NCBI GenBank assembly: GCA_963676795.2
Contig: CAXXTB010000002.1
Span: forward strand, 2,304,001-2,368,000
DNA from: Geopsychrobacteraceae bacterium
GTDB lineage: Bacteria > Desulfobacterota > Desulfuromonadia > Desulfuromonadales > Geopsychrobacteraceae
Length of the DNA: 64,000 nt
Direction of reading: 5' to 3'
Shown: piece after piece, positions 59,350 to 64,000 of the stretch
How positions within the stretch are numbered: the first letter of the stretch is position 1
Layout of the letters: the number at the start of each line of letters is the position of its first letter
Program-made: the position numbers and the translations under genes
Notes under the pieces: model-generated
Told to the model about the DNA's origin: nothing
What the model saw: the letters and a program-made list of their open reading frames with translations, nothing else
The model's database searches: none

Positions 59350-60984
59350 ATGATCAGTGCAAATAATGTGGCCCTCTCCTATGGTAAGCGGGTCATCTTC
59401 AAAGACGTCAATATCAAGTTCATTCCGGGCAACTGTTATGGCCTGATCGGTGCCAACGGTGCCGGAAAATCGACCTTCCTGAAGATCCTCTCCGGTGAAA
59501 AGGAAGCGGACAAGGGGAGCATCAGTGTCGGTCCGGGCGAAAGAATTGCCGTTCTGCGCCAGGATCATTTTGCCTTTGACGAGCATACGGTTCTCGATAC
59601 GGTGATGATGGGCCATGAGCGCCTCTTCCAGGTCAAGGCCGAACGTGAAGCGATCTATGCCAAAGCGGAATTCACCGATGAAGATGGCGTCCGTTCCGGT
59701 GAACTCGAAGCGGAATTCGCCGAGCTGAACGGTTACGAAGCCGAGGCCGAGGCAGCCGTGCTGCTCAACGGCCTGGGGATTACCGACGAATATCTCTACC
59801 GCCAGATGAAGGATCTGGAAGGCGGTGAAAAGGTGCGGGTCCTGCTCGCCCAGGCGCTGTTCGGCAACCCGGACATCCTACTCCTCGACGAACCGACCAA
59901 CCACCTGGATCTCAAATCGATTCAGTGGCTGGAGGACTTTCTCGGCCGCTTTCAGAATACCGTCATCGTCGTCTCCCACGACCGTCACTTTTTGAACCAG
60001 GTCTGTACCCATGTGGCCGATATCGACTTCGGCAAGATCACCGTCTATGTCGGTAACTACGATTTCTGGTATGAAGCCAGCCAGCTGGCCCTGAAGCAGA
60101 AACAGGATGAAAATCGCAAGGTCGCCGACAAGGCCAATGAGCTGAAGGAATTCATCATGCGCTTCAGCTCCAACGCATCCAAGGCCAAACAGGCGACCTC
60201 CAGGAAGAAACTGCTCGAAAAACTGACCATTGAAGACATGCCGGTTTCTTCACGGAAATACCCCTTCGTCAGCTTCAAGCCGGAACGTGCCTGCGGCGAT
60301 GTCATCCTTGAGATCACTGACCTGTGCAAAACCATCGATGGTGTCAAGGTTCTCGACAACTTCAACCTGAATATCAACAAGGGGGACAAGGTCGCTTTTA
60401 TCGGCGGCGACAGCCTGACCAAGACCACCCTGTTTCAGATTTTGGAAGGCGAGCTGAAACCGGACAGTGGTACCTTCCGCTGGGGAGTCACCATTACCCC
60501 GGCCTATTTCCCGATCGATAACGGCAGTTACTTTACCAAAGACCTGACTCTGATCGACTGGCTGCTGCAGTTCGCCCCGACCGAAGGGGAAAGCTTTGCC
60601 CGCGGCTTCCTTGGCCGCATGCTCTTCTCCGGCGACGAGGCAAAGAAAAAGTCAACCGTTCTCTCAGGTGGCGAGAAGGTCCGCTGCATGCTGGCCAAGA
60701 TGATGCTGCCCAACGCCAACGCCCTGATCTTCGACGAACCGACCAACCATCTGGATCTCGAATCGATCACTGCGCTGAACAACGGTCTGATCGCTTTTCC
60801 GGAGGTGATCCTGTTCACCAGCCACGACCACAAGTTCCTCTCTACGGTTGCGAATCGGATCATCGAATTTACCCCGAAGGGCTACATTGACCGGATGCTC
60901 AATTTCGATGAATATCTGGAAAGTGCCGAAGTGGCCAAGATGCGCGCTGAACACTATCAGGGCGAAGCCGATCTGAAGCTCTAA
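59350..60984 (+). CDS. ABC-F family ATPase (YbiT-like)
   Basis: Two NBDs (GANGAGKST, two DEPTNHLD), linker KAKQATSR, no TM; second Walker A degenerate (GGDSLTKTT). Confidence 0.9.
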   Translation: MISANNVALSYGKRVIFKDVNIKFIPGNCYGLIGANGAGKSTFLKILSGEKEADKGSISVGPGERIAVLRQDHFAFDEHTVLDTVMMGHERLFQVKAEREAIYAKAEFTDEDGVRSGELEAEFAELNGYEAEAEAAVLLNGLGITDEYLYRQMKDLEGGEKVRVLLAQALFGNPDILLLDEPTNHLDLKSIQWLEDFLGRFQNTVIVVSHDRHFLNQVCTHVADIDFGKITVYVGNYDFWYEASQLALKQKQDENRKVADKANELKEFIMRFSSNASKAKQATSRKKLLEKLTIEDMPVSSRKYPFVSFKPERACGDVILEITDLCKTIDGVKVLDNFNLNINKGDKVAFIGGDSLTKTTLFQILEGELKPDSGTFRWGVTITPAYFPIDNGSYFTKDLTLIDWLLQFAPTEGESFARGFLGRMLFSGDEAKKKSTVLSGGEKVRCMLAKMMLPNANALIFDEPTNHLDLESITALNNGLIAFPEVILFTSHDHKFLSTVANRIIEFTPKGYIDRMLNFDEYLESAEVAKMRAEHYQGEADLKL

Positions 60985-61003
60985 TATCGACAAAGGGAAA
61001 AAG

Positions 61004-61684
61004 ATGGCATTGCCCTGGAAGGTACTCGACCGTGTGACGGTTCCTGGTGAAGGCGATCTCGAGTTGCGGCAACGCGGCAAAGGAGATTTCCTGATTACCA
61101 TCGGGCCGCAGATCCTGATGAACAGCAAAGCACAGCGCTCGGAGCAGGCCCTCGGCCGCCTGGGCTGTGCCAAATTGGCGGGCCATCCGGCTCCGCGAGT
61201 GCTGGTTGGCGGTCTGGGAATGGCGATCACCCTGCGCGCGGTTCTCGATGCGCTGCCGCCGGGCGCCGAAGTCGTCGTCGCCGAACTGAATCCGGTCATT
61301 GAACAATGGTGTCTGGGCCCGTTGGCCGAATTGACCGACCATGCGGTCTCCGATCCACGGGTCAAGGTTGTCATCAGCGATGTCGCCGAGTTGATTAAAA
61401 AATCGGAACGCGACAGCTTCGATGCGATCATCTTTGATCTCTATCGCGGACCGCACCCGCAGACCGACCGGCAAGACGATCCCCTCTACGGCAGCCGGGC
61501 CATCGAACGCTGTCGTCAGGCACTGCGCAAAAACGGCATCTTTGCCATCTGGGGGGAAAACCCCGACGAAGGCTTTGAAAAGCGCCTTGGCGCGGCGGGA
61601 TTTGCCGTCCGCTGCGAAAGACCGGGAAAAGGCGCTTATCGCCACGCGGTCTGGGTCGCGGAGAAAAAGATCGCAAAAAAATAG
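61004..61684 (+). CDS. Spermidine-synthase-like SAM-binding protein
   Basis: LMNS....SE, VLVGGLGM, AEL.P, FDAII.D. Confidence 0.8.
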   Translation: MALPWKVLDRVTVPGEGDLELRQRGKGDFLITIGPQILMNSKAQRSEQALGRLGCAKLAGHPAPRVLVGGLGMAITLRAVLDALPPGAEVVVAELNPVIEQWCLGPLAELTDHAVSDPRVKVVISDVAELIKKSERDSFDAIIFDLYRGPHPQTDRQDDPLYGSRAIERCRQALRKNGIFAIWGENPDEGFEKRLGAAGFAVRCERPGKGAYRHAVWVAEKKIAKK

Positions 61685-61775
61685 CCTGCCACAGCGGCTC
61701 AGCGTGAGCGTCTGGCCCAAGATCCGTCCAGGCATAGCATGGACATCAGCACAGCAGAGATGGACTGTCACAAGC

Positions 61776-62246
61776 ATGAACAAAGAAGAACTTCTGCAAC
61801 TGATCATTAGCCGTTTAAAAGCGGATCATGAGGTGCTGCTGCAGGCCGCGAAAGCGGCTCATGCAGCGGCAACCCATGAAGAAAACATTCCTGACGACAA
61901 GTATGAGACCCTCGCCCTGGAAGCCTCCTATATCGCCCAGGGGCAGGCCAACCGCGCCCAGGAGATCGATACGGCGATCAAGCTCTTCCGGCAGTTGCAG
62001 TTGCAGCAGTTCACCGATGAGTCACCGATCAGACTGACGGCACTGGTCAAACTGGAAGATCAGGACGGTCAGCTGAGAACAGTCTTTATCGGTCCTGCTT
62101 CCGGTGGTTTACAAGTAACCAGCGAAGGACGGACAGTACAGGTCATTTCCCCTGAATCTCCGATGGGGCAGGCCCTGATCGGCAATTGTTGCGGGGAGGT
62201 ATTCCAGTTGGGTGACCGTGAGTACGAAATCATCGAAGTTCATTGA
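61776..62246 (+). CDS. GreA/GreB-like elongation factor family protein
   Basis: Coiled coil with ATHEE...DDKYETLALEASY; ISPESPMGQALIG. Confidence 0.82.
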   Translation: MNKEELLQLIISRLKADHEVLLQAAKAAHAAATHEENIPDDKYETLALEASYIAQGQANRAQEIDTAIKLFRQLQLQQFTDESPIRLTALVKLEDQDGQLRTVFIGPASGGLQVTSEGRTVQVISPESPMGQALIGNCCGEVFQLGDREYEIIEVH

Positions 62247-62510
62247 AAACAGTCGCGAACAGGGGCAGTGATAAGCGTTGTATTTCACCGCTAATCCTCG
62301 GCCCCAAGCCTTGCCAAACGGTCCACTGCATACTGAAAACTAATATTTTTCCTCTTGCATTTCCGCCACTTAAGTAGTAAATATCTCGCCTTTCAGACAG
62401 ATTTCCCGACACATCACCGGAAAATCTTTTCCGCCGACACCTGGACACAACTGCATTGCCCTCGCTGCCGACGGACATCGTTAACTTCGCATTTACAAGG
62501 AGGATAGCGC

Positions 62511-64000
62511 ATGTCCCAGAATCGCTTTGTTCCCAAGCTATGGACCTGCATCAAAGAAGGCTACACCCGCCAACTGGTCATCAATGACCTGCTCGCCGGC
62601 ATCATTGTCGGTATCGTCGCCCTGCCATTGGCTATCGCCTTTGCCATCGCCTCCGGGGTCAAACCGGAACAGGGTCTATACACTGCCATAGTCGCAGGTT
62701 TACTGATCTCGCTGTTCAGCGGTAGCCGGGTTCAGATCGGTGGCCCGACGGGAGCCTTTATTGTCATTGTCTATGACATCGTCCAACGCCACGGCTACGA
62801 CGGACTGGCGATCGCCACCCTGATGGCCGGGGTTCTGCTCATCTTCATGGGGATTGCCCGACTCGGCTCGATCATCAAATACATTCCCTACCCGGTCACC
62901 GTCGGCTTTACCAGTGGTATCGCCCTGATCATCTTCAGCGGCCAGATCCCTCAGTTTCTTGGCCTTAAGCTGGCCAATGTTCCTTCTGAATTCATCGGCA
63001 AACTCGAAGTCTGCCTGCTGCATATCAGGGAGACTTCGATTACCAGTGTCCTGCTCGCTGTCATCACGATCCTGATCATCCTCTACTGGCCGCGCGTCAC
63101 CCACAGGATTCCGGGATCGTTGGTCGCCATCATCCTGACGACAGTCGCCGTTCAACTCCTCAACCTGCCGGTCGAGACCATCGGCAGCCGTTTTGGCGCT
63201 GTTCCTTCCGGCCTGCCCTTGCCTCATCTGCCAGCTATTCCCGGCTGGGAGCAATTGCGACAGCTATCATCTCCGGCTCTGACCATCGCCATTCTTGCCG
63301 GCATCGAATCACTGCTATCGGCTGTTGTTGCCGACGGTATGACCGAACGCCGCCATCGCAGCAATATGGAACTGATCGCCCAGGGGATCGCCAACCTGGC
63401 CTCTCCCCTGTTTGGCGGGATTCCTGCCACCGGTGCCATCGCCCGGACCGCAACCAACATCAAGAACGGCGGCAGGAGTCCACTTGCCGGAATGACCCAC
63501 GCGGTCACCCTGCTGCTGATCCTGCTCTTCTTCGGCAAATGGGCGTCGCTGATCCCGATGGCAACCCTGGCCGGAATTCTGATCATCGTGGCCTGGAATA
63601 TGAGTGAAGCGCACCTCTTCATCAAACTGCTGCGCGGCCCCAAAGGGGATGTCCTGGTCCTGCTGGCGACCTTTGGCCTGACTGTGCTGGTCGATCTGAC
63701 CGTCGCCATCCAGGTCGGGATCGTCCTGGCCGCCTTCCTCTTCATGCGCCGCATGTCGGAAGCCACAGAAGTCAGTGCCATCAGCGAACAGTTCCAGAGT
63801 GACGAGGAGGAGCCGGTACAGGATCCGGACAGCCTGAAGGACCGAATCATTCCGGAAGGGGTTCAGGTCTTTGAAATCAACGGCCCGTTCTTCTTCGGTG
63901 CGGCGGACAAGTTCAAGAACACTCTGACCTCGATCAATGAACCGACCAGTGTCCTGATCCTGCGGATGCGCCATGCCCTGAGCCTTGACGCAACAGCCCT
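62511..64000 (+). CDS. SulP-family anion transporter, 3' truncated by window edge (absent from ORF track)
   Basis: AGGAGG RBS; hand translation MSQNRFVPKL..DLLAGIIVGIVALPLAIAFAIASG..GLY, QIGGPTGAF, ESLLSAVVAD, TGAIARTATN, start of STAS (GPFFFGAA). Confidence 0.93.
   Translation, partial: MSQNRFVPKLWTCIKEGYTRQLVINDLLAGIIVGIVALPLAIAFAIASGVKPEQGLYTAIVAGLLISLFSGSRVQIGGPTGAFIVIVYDIVQRHGYDGLAIATLMAGVLLIFMGIARLGSIIKYIPYPVTVGFTSGIALIIFSGQIPQFLGLKLANVPSEFIGKLEVCLLHIRETSITSVLLAVITILIILYWPRVTHRIPGSLVAIILTTVAVQLLNLPVETIGSRFGAVPSGLPLPHLPAIPGWEQLRQLSSPALTIAILAGIESLLSAVVADGMTERRHRSNMELIAQGIANLASPLFGGIPATGAIARTATNIKNGGRSPLAGMTHAVTLLLILLFFGKWASLIPMATLAGILIIVAWNMSEAHLFIKLLRGPKGDVLVLLATFGLTVLVDLTVAIQVGIVLAAFLFMRRMSEATEVSAISEQFQSDEEEPVQDPDSLKDRIIPEGVQVFEINGPFFFGAADKFKNTLTSINEPTSVLILRMRHALSLDATA

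Noticed and set aside
1..64000. CRISPR array, tRNA/rRNA, IS element, prophage or defence island
   Set aside because: No spaced repeats, RNA-gene signatures, transposase, integrase or phage structural genes seen by eye; small RNAs could have been missed

Overview
Chromosomal window (roughly mid-50s % GC by eye) whose gene content points to an anaerobic Desulfuromonadia/deltaproteobacterium; this assignment is inferred, not searched. It is densely coding with about 55 genes. I saw no rRNA, tRNA, CRISPR array, transposase or prophage. Housekeeping and metabolic genes include clpS-clpA-aat, rmuC, lemA/TPM, glycerate kinase, mscS, rubrerythrin plus a rubredoxin-fused oxidoreductase, tmcAL, sfsA, a CLC-F-type exporter, ald with an Lrp regulator, arginase with a TIGR00300-type ornithine cyclodeaminase, an ABC-F ATPase and a SulP transporter. 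The best candidate for an undescribed system is at 7.7-17.6 kb. A BaeSR-like pair and an atypical orphan OmpR-family regulator precede a stand-alone operon (fliD-flgD-X-flgE-flgN-flgK-flgL) that holds only distal flagellar parts; its exported subunits are very acidic and almost free of Lys/Arg. Other leads: twin small paralogs flanking an FlgO-like lipoprotein, a J-domain protein with four MshEN-like repeats, a MarR gene frameshifted inside a 20-bp quasi-palindrome, a C39/RimK/GCS2/amidohydrolase operon, a Fur-boxed AAA+/vWA pair, facing triplex-like repeats and a lone phage-type dNMP kinase. All product calls come from motif recognition by eye; no database search was run.
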